Source: Candidatus Undivivens industriae (lineage in GTDB: Bacteria > Omnitrophota > Gorgyraeia > Gygaellales > Profunditerraquicolaceae). From it: a stretch of DNA of 53,737 nt. The number at the start of each line of letters is the position of its first letter. Within the stretch, counting starts at the first letter, position 1. Below are positions 25,690-35,037 of this stretch, one piece after another. The notes below the pieces were generated by a model. The model saw only the letters and a list, made by a program, of their open reading frames with translations, was not told the DNA's origin and ran no database searches. The stretch lies in contig JAAYZR010000007.1 of NCBI GenBank assembly GCA_012514745.1, positions 1-53,737 on the forward strand. The letters run 5' to 3'. Position numbers and translations under genes: made by a program.

Positions 25690-28485
25690 TCATGAACCCG
25701 GCAATATCCTGCGCAGAAAAATCCCGGTATGCGAACGGGGATTGGCCGCGATCTCTTCCGGGGTCCCGCAGGCCACGACCTCTCCTCCTCCGTCCCCCCC
25801 TTCCGGCCCCAGATCTATTATATAATCCGCATTCTTTATAACGTCAAGATTATGTTCCACTACCAACACGGTATTCCCCATCTCCACCAGCTTCTGCAGC
25901 ACCGCGACCAGCCTGGCTACGTCGGCAAAATGCAGTCCGGTGGTGGGTTCGTCCAGTATATAAAAAGTCCTGCCGGTGGCTTTCTTGCTCAGTTCCGCGG
26001 AAAGCTTCATACGCTGGGCCTCCCCTCCGGAGAGGGTAGTGGCGGATTGTCCGAGATGTATATATCCCAGCCCCACCTCATTAAGAGTATGAAGCACGTT
26101 CCTTATGCGGGGTATGTTGGAAAAGAAATCCAGCGCCTCCTCCACCGTCATTTCCAGCACGTCGGCTATGGATCTGCCTTTGTATCTTACGGCCAGGGTG
26201 GCTTCGTTGAACCGCTTGCCGCCGCAGACGTCGCATTTCAGATATACGTCCGGAAGAAAATGCATTTCTATCTTTTTAACCCCGTCCCCGGAACAGGCCT
26301 CGCAGCGTCCTCCGGACACGTTGAAAGAGAATCTCCCGGGCCGGTAACCCCGCATACGCGCTTCCGGAAGGCTGCTGAAAAGCATCCGGATGTCGTCAAA
26401 GACCCCGGTGTAAGTACAGGGATTAGACCTCGGCGTCCTGCCGATCGGAGCCTGGTCCACCACCACGACCTTATCGATATGCCCCATTCCGTAAATCCCT
26501 TTATGCGCCCCCGGGCGTTCTTTTGCCCCGTGGAACGCCGCGGCCAGCCCCCGGTAAAGGATATCCTCCACCAATGTCGATTTGCCGGAACCGGAAACGC
26601 CGGTCAGGCAGATGAAGACGCCCAAAGGAAAGTCCACGTCTATATTTTTCAGATTGTGCTCGCGCGCTCCCTTCACTCGCAGGCATCTGCCCGAGGACAA
26701 TTTCCTGCGTTCCGGCGGACAAGGAATGGACATCTCGCCGCGCAGGTAACGCGCGGTTAGCGATTTTCCCCGTTCGAGCAGTTCGCCGGGGGTACCGGCG
26801 AAAACCACGCCGCCTCCCTCCCTGCCCGCTCCCGGGCCGAGATCCACGAGATAATCAGCCGCGCGGATGGTTGCCTCATCATGCTCGACGACCACCAGGG
26901 TGTTGCCGAGGTCCCTCAGGGAACAAAGGGTCGCCAGCAGTTTGGCGTTGTCCCGCTGATGCAGACCTATGCTCGGTTCGTCAAGCACGTATAACACGCC
27001 TGTCAGTCCGGAGCCGACTTGAGTGGCAAGCCTTATCCTCTGGGCCTCGCCGCCGGAAAGAGTGGAACTCTTGCGCTCGAGGGTCAAATAATCCAGCCCG
27101 ACGTCCACGCAGAACTGCAGGCGTTTCATAATCTCCTTGAGCGGCTGCGCGGCGATGGTTTTTTCCTGTTGCCCGAGTTCCAGCCGGGAGAAAAAATCAC
27201 GCGCTTCCCTGACCGTCAGACCACATACCCCGCTGATGTTCATCCCGCCGACCAGCACGAACAGACTCTCTTTCTTAAGCCGCGCCCCGCCGCATGCCGG
27301 GCAGGGCTGACTGGACATAAAACGAGATATCTCCTCTTTAAGATAATCGCTGTCGCTTTTTGAAAACAGCCTGGTTAAATGCGGGATGATACCCTCGAAA
27401 GGCTTGCCGCCCACGCGGACTTCCGTGCCGTAAAGCAGCGCTTTGCGCACTCCCCGCGGGAGCTTGTTGAAAGGTGTCTTCAGACTGAAGCCCAAGGCGG
27501 AGGAAAGCTCGCGCAGCAACCAACGGTAATAAAGAATATACCCCCTGCCTCCTCTTTTCCATACCTCTATCGCGCCGTCCTCTATGGATTTGCCCTGGTC
27601 CGGGATTATGAGGCCCGGATCGAATTCGAGCTTGATCCCCAGACCATTGCAGTCCGGGCAGGCCCCGTAGGGTGAATTGAAAGAAAAAGTCCTCGGCTCC
27701 ATCTCTTGATAGCTGATGCCGCAGTGAACGCAGGCATAGTGCCGGCTGTAAAGATCCTCCTTGCCTGCCTCCGGCCGGTATATGATGAGGACCCCGCTGC
27801 CGATCTTGAAAGCCGTCTCCAGCGAATCCGTGAGCCTGGCGGAGTTTTCCTGCCCGATATTCAGACGGTCAACTACGACTTCTATAGTATGCAGCTTGTA
27901 TCTGTCCATGCGCACGGAGAAAGGGGCCTCATATATCCTGCCGTCGGCCCTGATCCTGGAAAAACCGGACTTGCGCACCTTCTCCAGCACATCCTTATGC
28001 GCGCCTTTCTTTCCTCCTATCACCGGAGCAAGGATATGAATCTCTTCCCCGCGCGAAGAAGAAAGGAGCGTCTTTACTATTTCCTGCACCGACCGGCTGC
28101 TTATCAACCTGCCGCATTTGTAACAATGCACTCTTCCGGCGCGGGCAAACAATACGCGCAGATAATCGTATATTTCCGTCTGGGTGCCTACGGTCGAACG
28201 GGGATTCCGCGACGCGGTCTTCTGTTCGATGGCTATGGCCGGAGACAATCCGCGGATGTCGTCCACCTCCGGCTTCTGCAGCTGTTCCAGGAACAGACGG
28301 GCGTATGCCGAAAGGCTTTCGACATACCTGCGCTGGCCTTCGGCGTAGATAGTATCGAAGGCGAGACTGGACTTCCCGGATCCGGACAGCCCTGTAAAGA
28401 CCACGAGTTTATTTTTAGGGATAGAAAGGCTGACGTTCTTAAGATTGTGCTCTCGCGCGCCGCTGATTATTATCCGGTCTTCCAT
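25690..28485 (-). CDS. uvrA: Excinuclease ABC subunit A
   Basis: 931 aa with two ABC modules ([28 protein letters not shown]; [11 protein letters not shown]), LSGGE signatures and zinc-finger cysteines. Confidence 0.98.
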   Translation of the reverse strand: MEDRIIISGAREHNLKNVSLSIPKNKLVVFTGLSGSGKSSLAFDTIYAEGQRRYVESLSAYARLFLEQLQKPEVDDIRGLSPAIAIEQKTASRNPRSTVGTQTEIYDYLRVLFARAGRVHCYKCGRLISSRSVQEIVKTLLSSSRGEEIHILAPVIGGKKGAHKDVLEKVRKSGFSRIRADGRIYEAPFSVRMDRYKLHTIEVVVDRLNIGQENSARLTDSLETAFKIGSGVLIIYRPEAGKEDLYSRHYACVHCGISYQEMEPRTFSFNSPYGACPDCNGLGIKLEFDPGLIIPDQGKSIEDGAIEVWKRGGRGYILYYRWLLRELSSALGFSLKTPFNKLPRGVRKALLYGTEVRVGGKPFEGIIPHLTRLFSKSDSDYLKEEISRFMSSQPCPACGGARLKKESLFVLVGGMNISGVCGLTVREARDFFSRLELGQQEKTIAAQPLKEIMKRLQFCVDVGLDYLTLERKSSTLSGGEAQRIRLATQVGSGLTGVLYVLDEPSIGLHQRDNAKLLATLCSLRDLGNTLVVVEHDEATIRAADYLVDLGPGAGREGGGVVFAGTPGELLERGKSLTARYLRGEMSIPCPPERRKLSSGRCLRVKGAREHNLKNIDVDFPLGVFICLTGVSGSGKSTLVEDILYRGLAAAFHGAKERPGAHKGIYGMGHIDKVVVVDQAPIGRTPRSNPCTYTGVFDDIRMLFSSLPEARMRGYRPGRFSFNVSGGRCEACSGDGVKKIEMHFLPDVYLKCDVCGGKRFNEATLAVRYKGRSIADVLEMTVEEALDFFSNIPRIRNVLHTLNEVGLGYIHLGQSATTLSGGEAQRMKLSAELSKKATGRTFYILDEPTTGLHFADVARLVAVLQKLVEMGNTVLVVEHNLDVIKNADYIIDLGPEGGDGGGEVVACGTPEEIAANPRSHTGIFLRRILPGS

Positions 28486-28620
28486 AATAGGACCCTTCGG
28501 GGAATAACGGCAGTGAGCCGTATGCGGTCATGCGCTAATCCCCGCGTAAAGAAAAGTGAATTGTATGCCGTGTATCGTTTTCTAATGAAGGCCGCCGGAC
28601 AGCCTGTATATGAGCTGTAA

Positions 28621-28672
28621 AGAACGCGCACCGCCGCAAAGGGTTTTCCCCCGGGCGACGGTGCGCGTTTTA
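28621..28672 (-). terminator. Candidate terminator hairpin after the small basic protein gene
   Basis: Minus strand: AACGCGCACCG(TC)GCC...GGCGGTGCGCGTT followed by CTTTAC. The U-tract is weak. Confidence 0.45.
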
Positions 28673-28688
28673 TTACGTTGGAGACGGC

Positions 28689-28991
28689 TTATCTCTTTTT
28701 CTTACCGCCTTTTTTCCCGCCTTTCTTTGCCGATTTCTTGGCAGGCTTCTTTGCGGCCTTCTTCTTGGTGCCGCCTCTGACCATCTTGGCGCAAGAGACG
28801 TCGCCGTCCTTATCGACGAAATACAGGACGCCTACCTCTCTTTTGATGCCGGTCTTGGCAATTTTCTTGGGACTACCCCCTTTTTTGCCTCCACGGGCCA
28901 TCTTGGCGCAGGATACATCCCCGTCCTTATCGACGTAATAGAGATATCCTTTTTCGCGCTTTACCCCCACTTTCACCAGTTTCTTCGCCAT
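28689..28991 (-). CDS. Small lysine-rich protein with two tandem ~33-aa repeats and a histone-H1-like tail (hypothetical nucleic-acid-binding protein)
   Basis: MAKKLVKVGVKREKGYLYYVDKDGDVSCAKMARGGKK / IAKTGIKREVGVLYFVDKDGDVSCAKMVRGGTKK, followed by AAKKPAKKSAKKGGKKGGKKKR. The SD AAGGGGGTG lies 6 nt before the ATG at 28991. Confidence 0.7.
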   Translation of the reverse strand: MAKKLVKVGVKREKGYLYYVDKDGDVSCAKMARGGKKGGSPKKIAKTGIKREVGVLYFVDKDGDVSCAKMVRGGTKKKAAKKPAKKSAKKGGKKGGKKKR

Positions 28992-29105
28992 TCGTTTCAC
29001 CCCCTTTCATTATGCTGTTTGACTGTTTATGGTACTTTCTCTTCCTTTAATACGGCTCCCCAATCGGCATTTTTCCGGCACTCTGCGGGGCACCCTTAGA
29101 TAAAC

Positions 29106-29125
29106 CAAGGGCAAGGTGTTATTCC
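29106..29125. repeat. Partial copy of the array hairpin unit (CAAGGGCAAGGTGTTATTCC)
   Basis: It matches the right arm plus tail of the 46-nt unit at 96-354. The partner arm is degenerate. Confidence 0.6.
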
Positions 29126-29150
29126 GATTAGCCGGGGCGCTATTCCGACA

Positions 29151-29191
29151 GGTAAATCCGGCTTAAAAGCCGGAGATTCCTGCGGTTTGAG
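29151..29191 (-). repeat. Copy of the dispersed hairpin element 9 nt after the nadX-like stop (minus strand CTCAAACCGCAGGAATCTCCGGCTTTTAAGCCGGATTTACC)
   Basis: 35 of 41 positions match the dnaG copy at 3359-3400. Confidence 0.85.
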
Positions 29192-29200
29192 TAAACGCCT

Positions 29201-30070
29201 TCAGGTGCCGACGCTTACCGGGCTGATGATCTGCCGCAACACGGCTGCGGCGGCAAGAACCGCCAGGTAACTGGTCTTACGATTCTCCGGATGCGGGACG
29301 TTCTCCGTTCTCGTCGTTATCACCGCCGCGTCCGACTCTATCCTGACCTCATGTATATTCTTCTTCACGCAGGGAGAGGCGATTATACGCACCCTGGTAG
29401 CGCGCGCCCCCAGACCGGCCAGACTAAGCACAGCCGCCACGTTTATGTTTTGCGGAAAGCAGCGCACGGCCTTCTCCGCCCTGCCGTCGAAAAGCACGGT
29501 ATCCTTATTTATCCCGGCGGGATCGATCTTCCGCCTGCGGAGATAATCCACTCCGGAGAAAGAAGCCGGATTCTTGATCGTCGTCAAAGTCACGCTCTTC
29601 AGACGCGCGCTTCGCGCGCCTCCGGCGGCTTTCAAGGCGTCTATCCCGGCAAGCGCCCCGCTGGGAACGTAGATACGGGCTCCGGAACGCTCCGCTTCAC
29701 GCGCCAGCAGTTCTACCCTGTCCACAATACCTCCGACGCTCATCACCATAACACTGCGGCCGGCCTTCAGACATTCGCACGCGATAGCGTAGGATGCCGA
29801 AGCGGAAGCCGCCTCCACCACCAGATCGGAAGCCTTTATCAACGCCTTCAGGTCACGCGCTACCGCGGTCTTAGCCGCTATATGCAACCGCCCGGCAAGC
29901 GCCGAGGCGTTCTCCGCGCGCAGGTCGAACAACGCGGACACGCGCATTTTCCCGCCGAACTCTTCCCGGACGATACGCGCCAGAGACCCTCCTATGGCGC
30001 CGCAGCCGACAATCCCTATTCTAAGTTTGGTCCCGCTTTTCTGTCCGGGCATAAAAGTATCATACCTCAT
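29201..30070 (-). CDS. nadX: L-aspartate dehydrogenase-like protein
   Basis: It has an N-terminal Rossmann motif IGIVGCGAIGG and a C-terminal region FPQNINVAAVLSLAG...NIHEVRIESDA...ENVPHPENRKTS resembling T. maritima aspartate dehydrogenase. There is an ATGA overlap with panC. Confidence 0.82.
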   Translation of the reverse strand: MRYDTFMPGQKSGTKLRIGIVGCGAIGGSLARIVREEFGGKMRVSALFDLRAENASALAGRLHIAAKTAVARDLKALIKASDLVVEAASASASYAIACECLKAGRSVMVMSVGGIVDRVELLAREAERSGARIYVPSGALAGIDALKAAGGARSARLKSVTLTTIKNPASFSGVDYLRRRKIDPAGINKDTVLFDGRAEKAVRCFPQNINVAAVLSLAGLGARATRVRIIASPCVKKNIHEVRIESDAAVITTRTENVPHPENRKTSYLAVLAAAAVLRQIISPVSVGT

Positions 30071-30918
30071 TTCACGTCCAGAGTCACGTTATCTATCAAC
30101 CTTATCCCGCCTACGCGCACGGCCAGCGCGACCAGGCATTTCCCTCCGCCTATGCTTTTCAGAGTTCTCATACTGCGGGGATCGACGATCTCTATGTAGT
30201 CGGTTTCCGCCTGAGGACAGCCGCTTATAATACGCCTCATGGATTCTTTTATCCTGGAAGAACGGCGTTCACCCGCCTCGACCAGTCCGGCGGCCTCTTG
30301 CAGGGAACGGAAAAGACAAAGCGCTTGTTCTTTCTGATTATCACCGAGATAGGCGTTGCGCGAGCTCAAGGCGAGCCCGCCGGGCCCGCGCACGATGGGA
30401 AGGATCTCTATGCGCACCGGCAGATTCAGATCTGCCGTCATTCTCTTTATTATCGCCGCCTGTTGGGCGTCTTTCGCGCCGAAATAGGCCGTGCGGGGAG
30501 AGACTATATTGAAAAGTTTCAGCACCACCGTGGCCACGCCTCTGAAATGCCCGGGCCGTGAACGCCCGCAAAGAACGTCGCCCATACCTTCCACCTCCAC
30601 GAAAGTGCGGAATTCCGGGCCGTACATCTCCTGCGCGGAGGGACAGAACAGCACATCCACTCCTTCTGCGCGGCAGATGCCGGCGTCGGAGGCGTGATCC
30701 CGGGGATATCTGCGGAAGTCTTCGGAAGGGCCGAATTGAAGCGGGTTGACGAAAACGCTGACCACTACCGCGTCGTTGTCGCGGCGGGCTTTTCTGATCA
30801 GGCTGACGTGTCCGGCGTGCAAAGCCCCCATGGTAGGGACAAAACCTGTTTTTCTGCCGCCGGCGGCGGCTTCGGAAGAAAAACCGGACATCGCCTTTAT
30901 GCTGCGTATTACCTTCAT
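30067..30918 (-). CDS. panC: Pantoate--beta-alanine ligase
   Basis: It has the PTMGALHAGHVSLI (HxGH) motif. The start is taken at MKVIRSI; the tracked ORF extends to 31053 and would overlap folK. Confidence 0.92.
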   Translation of the reverse strand: MKVIRSIKAMSGFSSEAAAGGRKTGFVPTMGALHAGHVSLIRKARRDNDAVVVSVFVNPLQFGPSEDFRRYPRDHASDAGICRAEGVDVLFCPSAQEMYGPEFRTFVEVEGMGDVLCGRSRPGHFRGVATVVLKLFNIVSPRTAYFGAKDAQQAAIIKRMTADLNLPVRIEILPIVRGPGGLALSSRNAYLGDNQKEQALCLFRSLQEAAGLVEAGERRSSRIKESMRRIISGCPQAETDYIEIVDPRSMRTLKSIGGGKCLVALAVRVGGIRLIDNVTLDVK

Positions 30919-30950
30919 TGTTCGCTTTTTCCCCCTCGAGGGAAGATGTT

Positions 30951-31331
30951 TCATAGAATCTCCAGCAGCGGGCGCAATACGAAATCGCGCCTGAACATCC
31001 GGGGATGAGGGATACATAATGCCGAACCGTTCAGCCTCTTCCCGTCGTACCAAAGTATATCCAGATCTATCGAACGGGGACCGTTGCGCGCGCCGGGCTT
31101 GCGGCCAAGTTCACGCTCTATCCTTTTTAATCCGGCCAGCAACCTGGACGGCGTCAGGCCGGTTTCCAGGCTGAAAGCGCCGTTCAAGAAATCCCCCTGG
31201 CCGCGCGGCCCCCCCGCGGGAGCGTTCTCGAACAAAGAAGAAACACTAAGCACTTTCGTCCGCGGCAGCGCGCCGGTCAGGGATATCGCCGCGCGGATGT
31301 TGCCGCGTCTGTCGCCGAGGTTCGAACCCAC
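30951..31331 (-). CDS. folK: 2-amino-4-hydroxy-6-hydroxymethyldihydropteridine diphosphokinase (HPPK)
   Basis: It has the GSNLGDR motif and the C-terminal PHPRMFRRDFVLRPLLEI. The real start is probably a few codons upstream (see findings). Confidence 0.85.
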   Translation of the reverse strand: MGSNLGDRRGNIRAAISLTGALPRTKVLSVSSLFENAPAGGPRGQGDFLNGAFSLETGLTPSRLLAGLKRIERELGRKPGARNGPRSIDLDILWYDGKRLNGSALCIPHPRMFRRDFVLRPLLEIL

Positions 31332-31354
31332 GGCTATATAACACCGTCCGGTTT

Positions 31355-32518
31355 TCAGAGCAATTTCTCCAGGCGTTTCAACGCCTCTTTGATCCTCTCG
31401 GCCGGTACGGTAAGCGCCATGCGCAGATACCCCTCTCCATTCTCGCCGAAACCCACGCCCGGGGTCACAATAATATCGGCTTTATCAAGGAGATAAGCCG
31501 CATATTCCATGGAACTCTTTTGTGGGTCGGGGACCTTGAACCAGAGATAGAACGTGGCGCCGGGAGAATGAACCCGCCAGCCCAGTTTGCGCAGTCCGCC
31601 GACCAGTATGTCGCGGCGTTCCCGGTAAAGAGCGCTCATCGCGTCCGTCTGCGCCGCGCTGTTGTCGAGAGCGGCGGCCCCGGCGTACTGCAAAGCCGTA
31701 AAAATACCGGAATCGATGTTGGACTTCACCTTGGCAAGCGCCGAAACAAGAAAGGAGTTTCCGCAGGCCCATCCTACCCTCCACCCGGTCATATTACAGG
31801 TCTTGGAAAGCGAGTGAAACTCTATCACGCAGTCCCCGGCCCCTTCGATCTCCAGCATGCTCCCGGGTTTATATCCGTCGTAAGACATCTCGGAATAGGC
31901 CAGGTCGGAGACGAGTATCAAACCGTGTTTGAGAGCGAACGCCACGGCTTCGGAGAAGAAAACCTTATCCGCCGTCCTGCCGGTGGGATTATTGGGATAA
32001 TTCAGAAATATTATCTTCGCTTTTTTCAATACGGATTCGGGAATACTCTTGAAGTCCGGGAGAAAAGAATTGTCTTCCTTTAACGGCATCAGATGTACCC
32101 TTCCGCCGGCGAGTATCGTCCCGCCTTTATAAGGAGGATAACACGGATCCGGAACAAGCGAATAATCCCCGGCGTTGAGAAAAGCTGCCGGAAAATGCGC
32201 GATACCCTCCTTGGATCCTATCAACGGCAGCACCCCCTTCTCCGGGTCGAGAGAGACGGAAAAACGCTTCCGGTACCAAGCGCAGATCGATTCGCGCAAC
32301 AAGGGTATGCCCTGGTCAAGGGCGTAACGGTGATTGGCGGGATCGCGCGCGGCGCGGCAGAGTGCGTCTATAACGTAACCCGGCGTAGGCTGGTCCGGAT
32401 CACCGATGCCGAAATCAATCACGTCCCTTCCCTCGGCCCTGGCCTTCCGTTTCGCCTTGTCTATCTCCACAAAAAGATACGGAGGCAGGCTCTGCAGATT
32501 ATCGGACAACTCGAACAT
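31355..32518 (-). CDS. dapL: Class I PLP aminotransferase, LL-diaminopimelate aminotransferase-type
   Basis: LPPYLFVEIDKAKRKARAEGRDVIDFGIGDPDQPTP and the SLSKTCNMTGWRVG PLP-lysine region. It lies next to dapB/dapA/dapF/lysA. The substrate call comes from context plus family resemblance. Confidence 0.8.
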   Translation of the reverse strand: MFELSDNLQSLPPYLFVEIDKAKRKARAEGRDVIDFGIGDPDQPTPGYVIDALCRAARDPANHRYALDQGIPLLRESICAWYRKRFSVSLDPEKGVLPLIGSKEGIAHFPAAFLNAGDYSLVPDPCYPPYKGGTILAGGRVHLMPLKEDNSFLPDFKSIPESVLKKAKIIFLNYPNNPTGRTADKVFFSEAVAFALKHGLILVSDLAYSEMSYDGYKPGSMLEIEGAGDCVIEFHSLSKTCNMTGWRVGWACGNSFLVSALAKVKSNIDSGIFTALQYAGAAALDNSAAQTDAMSALYRERRDILVGGLRKLGWRVHSPGATFYLWFKVPDPQKSSMEYAAYLLDKADIIVTPGVGFGENGEGYLRMALTVPAERIKEALKRLEKLL

Positions 32519-32574
32519 ATTTTATATCCCTTCTTCTATAACGCGATGTATCGCCCTTCTTTATCGATTTTTTA

Positions 32575-33288
32575 TCACAGCCCGAGCACATCCTTCATCG
32601 AATACAGACCCGGTTTCTGCCCGGCGGCCCATTTTGCGGCCTTCAGCGCTCCGAGAGCGAAAAGATCGCGCGTGTGCGCCTGATGTTTTATCTCTATGCG
32701 CTCGGAATTGCCGCAGAATATCACCGTGTGATCGCCGACGATGTCTCCCAGTCTTACCGAATGCACCGGCGGATTGGATAAACCGGAGGCCGCTATGACT
32801 TCCTGCATCTTTTTGGCCGTGCCGGAAGGAGCGTCCTTTTTCCCGTCGTGATGCGCCTCGACTATCTCCGCTTTATAATCCCGGCCGAGCTTGCGGCTGA
32901 TATCGGCCAGCGCGCTGAAAAGCACGTTAACCCCTACCGACATATTGGGGGAATAAACCAGCGGGATAGAATCGGATGCCCTGCGCACTTTAGATACCTG
33001 GTCTTCCGCAAGACCGGTGGTGCCGAGCACCAGCGCCTTATTATATTTAACGGCGTATTCCAGATTGGCGATACTGGCCTCAGGAGCGGAGAAATCCACG
33101 AACACATCTATAAGGAACATCCCGTCCGGGTTCGAGGATATCTTCACCTTGCCTAATTCCCTGCCTATCTGGGGGATGCCTTTGCGTTCCAAGGCCAGCA
33201 TTATCTCAAAATCCTTGTCGCAGGAGGCGAGCTCCAGAATACGCCTGCCCATCCGTCCGCAGACCCCCGAAACGCCAAGTTTTATCAT
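32575..33288 (-). CDS. dapB: 4-hydroxy-tetrahydrodipicolinate reductase
   Basis: It has the signature EAHHDGKKDAPSGTA and an N-terminal GVCGRMG motif. Confidence 0.95.
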   Translation of the reverse strand: MIKLGVSGVCGRMGRRILELASCDKDFEIMLALERKGIPQIGRELGKVKISSNPDGMFLIDVFVDFSAPEASIANLEYAVKYNKALVLGTTGLAEDQVSKVRRASDSIPLVYSPNMSVGVNVLFSALADISRKLGRDYKAEIVEAHHDGKKDAPSGTAKKMQEVIAASGLSNPPVHSVRLGDIVGDHTVIFCGNSERIEIKHQAHTRDLFALGALKAAKWAAGQKPGLYSMKDVLGL

Positions 33289-33305
33289 CGTCGCTTCCTT
33301 TCGGT

Positions 33306-34211
33306 CTAATTGCTATTATTGAAACTCCCCGGATCCTTTAATAAGCCGTAATCCTTCAACGACGCCCGCAGCCTTCCGGCGTTATCTTCCGACATAGGGG
33401 TCAAAGGCAGCCTCAAATCCGCATCGCACATACCGAGCATACCCATCGCCGTTTTTACCGGGATAGGGTTTGTTTCCAGGAACAGCGACTTTATCAACGG
33501 CAGCAGGCGGTAATGCAGTCTGCGCGCCTCGGCGGCCTTGCCGCTGCAATAATTGTCTATCAGGGCGGCGACGTCGGCCGGCACGATATTTGCGGCAACC
33601 GAGATCACGCCGGTACCGCCGATCGAAAGCACCGGCAGGGTCAGGCTGTCGTCCCCTGAAATAAGATCGAAGTTCTCCCCGCAGAGGGCTTTGACGCGCG
33701 ACATCTGGTCCAGGCTTCCGGAGGCTTCTTTGACGCCGACGATGTTTTTACAGTCGGCTGCCAGCCTGGCGATCGTCTCCGGTTCGATATTGACCCCGGT
33801 GCGGGAAGCTATGTTATAAAGTATGACCGGTATCCCGGCGGCTTCGGCGACCGCCTTGAAGTGTTCGTAAAGGCCCTTCTGGGTCGGCCGGTTATAATAT
33901 GGGGAGACCTGAAGAGAGGCGCCGGCCCCGGCCTTGGCGGCGTTTACCGTCAATTGTATGGCTTCTTGCGTGGAATTTGAGCCGGTCCCGGCGATCACCG
34001 GAACGCGGCCGGCGGACTGCTCAACCGATATCTCTATCACCCTCTCGTGCTCGCGCACGGAAAGAGTGGCGGATTCGCCCGTGGTCCCGCAAGGAACTAT
34101 ACCGGAGGACCCGTTCTCAATCTGAAAATCTATCAAAGACCGCAGCCGCTTCTCATCCACCTTGCCGTTCTTAAAAGGGGTAACCAGGGCGACAATGGAA
34201 CCGCTAAACAT
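33306..34211 (-). CDS. dapA: 4-hydroxy-tetrahydrodipicolinate synthase
   Basis: It contains GIVPCGTTGES, YNRPTQ and the GVKEASG (Schiff-base Lys) motifs. Confidence 0.95.
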   Translation of the reverse strand: MFSGSIVALVTPFKNGKVDEKRLRSLIDFQIENGSSGIVPCGTTGESATLSVREHERVIEISVEQSAGRVPVIAGTGSNSTQEAIQLTVNAAKAGAGASLQVSPYYNRPTQKGLYEHFKAVAEAAGIPVILYNIASRTGVNIEPETIARLAADCKNIVGVKEASGSLDQMSRVKALCGENFDLISGDDSLTLPVLSIGGTGVISVAANIVPADVAALIDNYCSGKAAEARRLHYRLLPLIKSLFLETNPIPVKTAMGMLGMCDADLRLPLTPMSEDNAGRLRASLKDYGLLKDPGSFNNSN

Positions 34212-35037
34212 AATAAACTCCTTTGTAGACGATTTTGGCCCCGCCTTCCAACCACACGTCGCTGAAAGAACAGTCCTTTTTCTTGTGAAAATACACTCTG
34301 AGGATCTCGCCGCTGCGTGTCAACACTCTGAAAACGGCATTACCTTCCGGCATAGCGAGATGACAGGATGCCGCCAAAGCGGCGGCAGTAGAACCTGTCC
34401 CGCACGCAAGCGTTTCCCCTTCCACCCCTCTTTCGTACGTCCTGACCTTTAGTGTCCCGGGCCCGGTTATCTCCGCGAAATCGGCGTTGGCCCCGGCAGG
34501 CGAGAACACCTTATGATAACGGATCATCCGCCCGAGCGCGTCCACGTCTATGGAATCGAGTCCCTGCACGAAGACCACCGCGTGCGGCACCCCGGTATTG
34601 ACGAAATAAGCCTTTAAGGCCCGGCCGCCGAGCGGCACATTCACCCCACCGCGGAACCCCTTGGGGGCGGTAAGCCGGATACGGACGCATCCTCCGCCGA
34701 CACGGCAGGATATAAGGCCGGCTTTCGTGTGAAGGTCAAGCGTTTTTCTGCCTGAGAACAAGGCTGCGCAGCGCGCCCCGTTGCCGCACATCTGCGCTTC
34801 CGAGCCGTCGGCGTTGAATATCCTCATTCTCACCCCGCCGGAAACCTCATCTCCGAGCAAAAGCATCCCGTCCGCCCCGGCCCCGAATTTTCTGTCGCAG
34901 ATCATCCGGGCCAACACGGGCAGGCTCCTGCGTCCGGCCGCGAGCGAACGCTCTTTCAGGATGACGAAGTCGTTGCCGGAGGCGGCCATCTTCACGAAAT
35001 CAATCGTTCTCCCGGAGGATTTCATTTTTCCTGCCAT
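34204..35037 (-). CDS. dapF: Diaminopimelate epimerase
   Basis: It has ASGNDFV and the two catalytic Cys regions MCGNGARC and ACGTGSTA. Confidence 0.93.
   Translation of the reverse strand: MAGKMKSSGRTIDFVKMAASGNDFVILKERSLAAGRRSLPVLARMICDRKFGAGADGMLLLGDEVSGGVRMRIFNADGSEAQMCGNGARCAALFSGRKTLDLHTKAGLISCRVGGGCVRIRLTAPKGFRGGVNVPLGGRALKAYFVNTGVPHAVVFVQGLDSIDVDALGRMIRYHKVFSPAGANADFAEITGPGTLKVRTYERGVEGETLACGTGSTAAALAASCHLAMPEGNAVFRVLTRSGEILRVYFHKKKDCSFSDVWLEGGAKIVYKGVYYV

Noticed and set aside
28486-28688. SOS (LexA) box upstream of uvrA
   Set aside because: I found neither CTGT-N8-ACAG nor GAAC-N4-GTTC palindromes. The only match is direct CTGT repeats (CTGTATATGAGCTGT), which are not palindromic.
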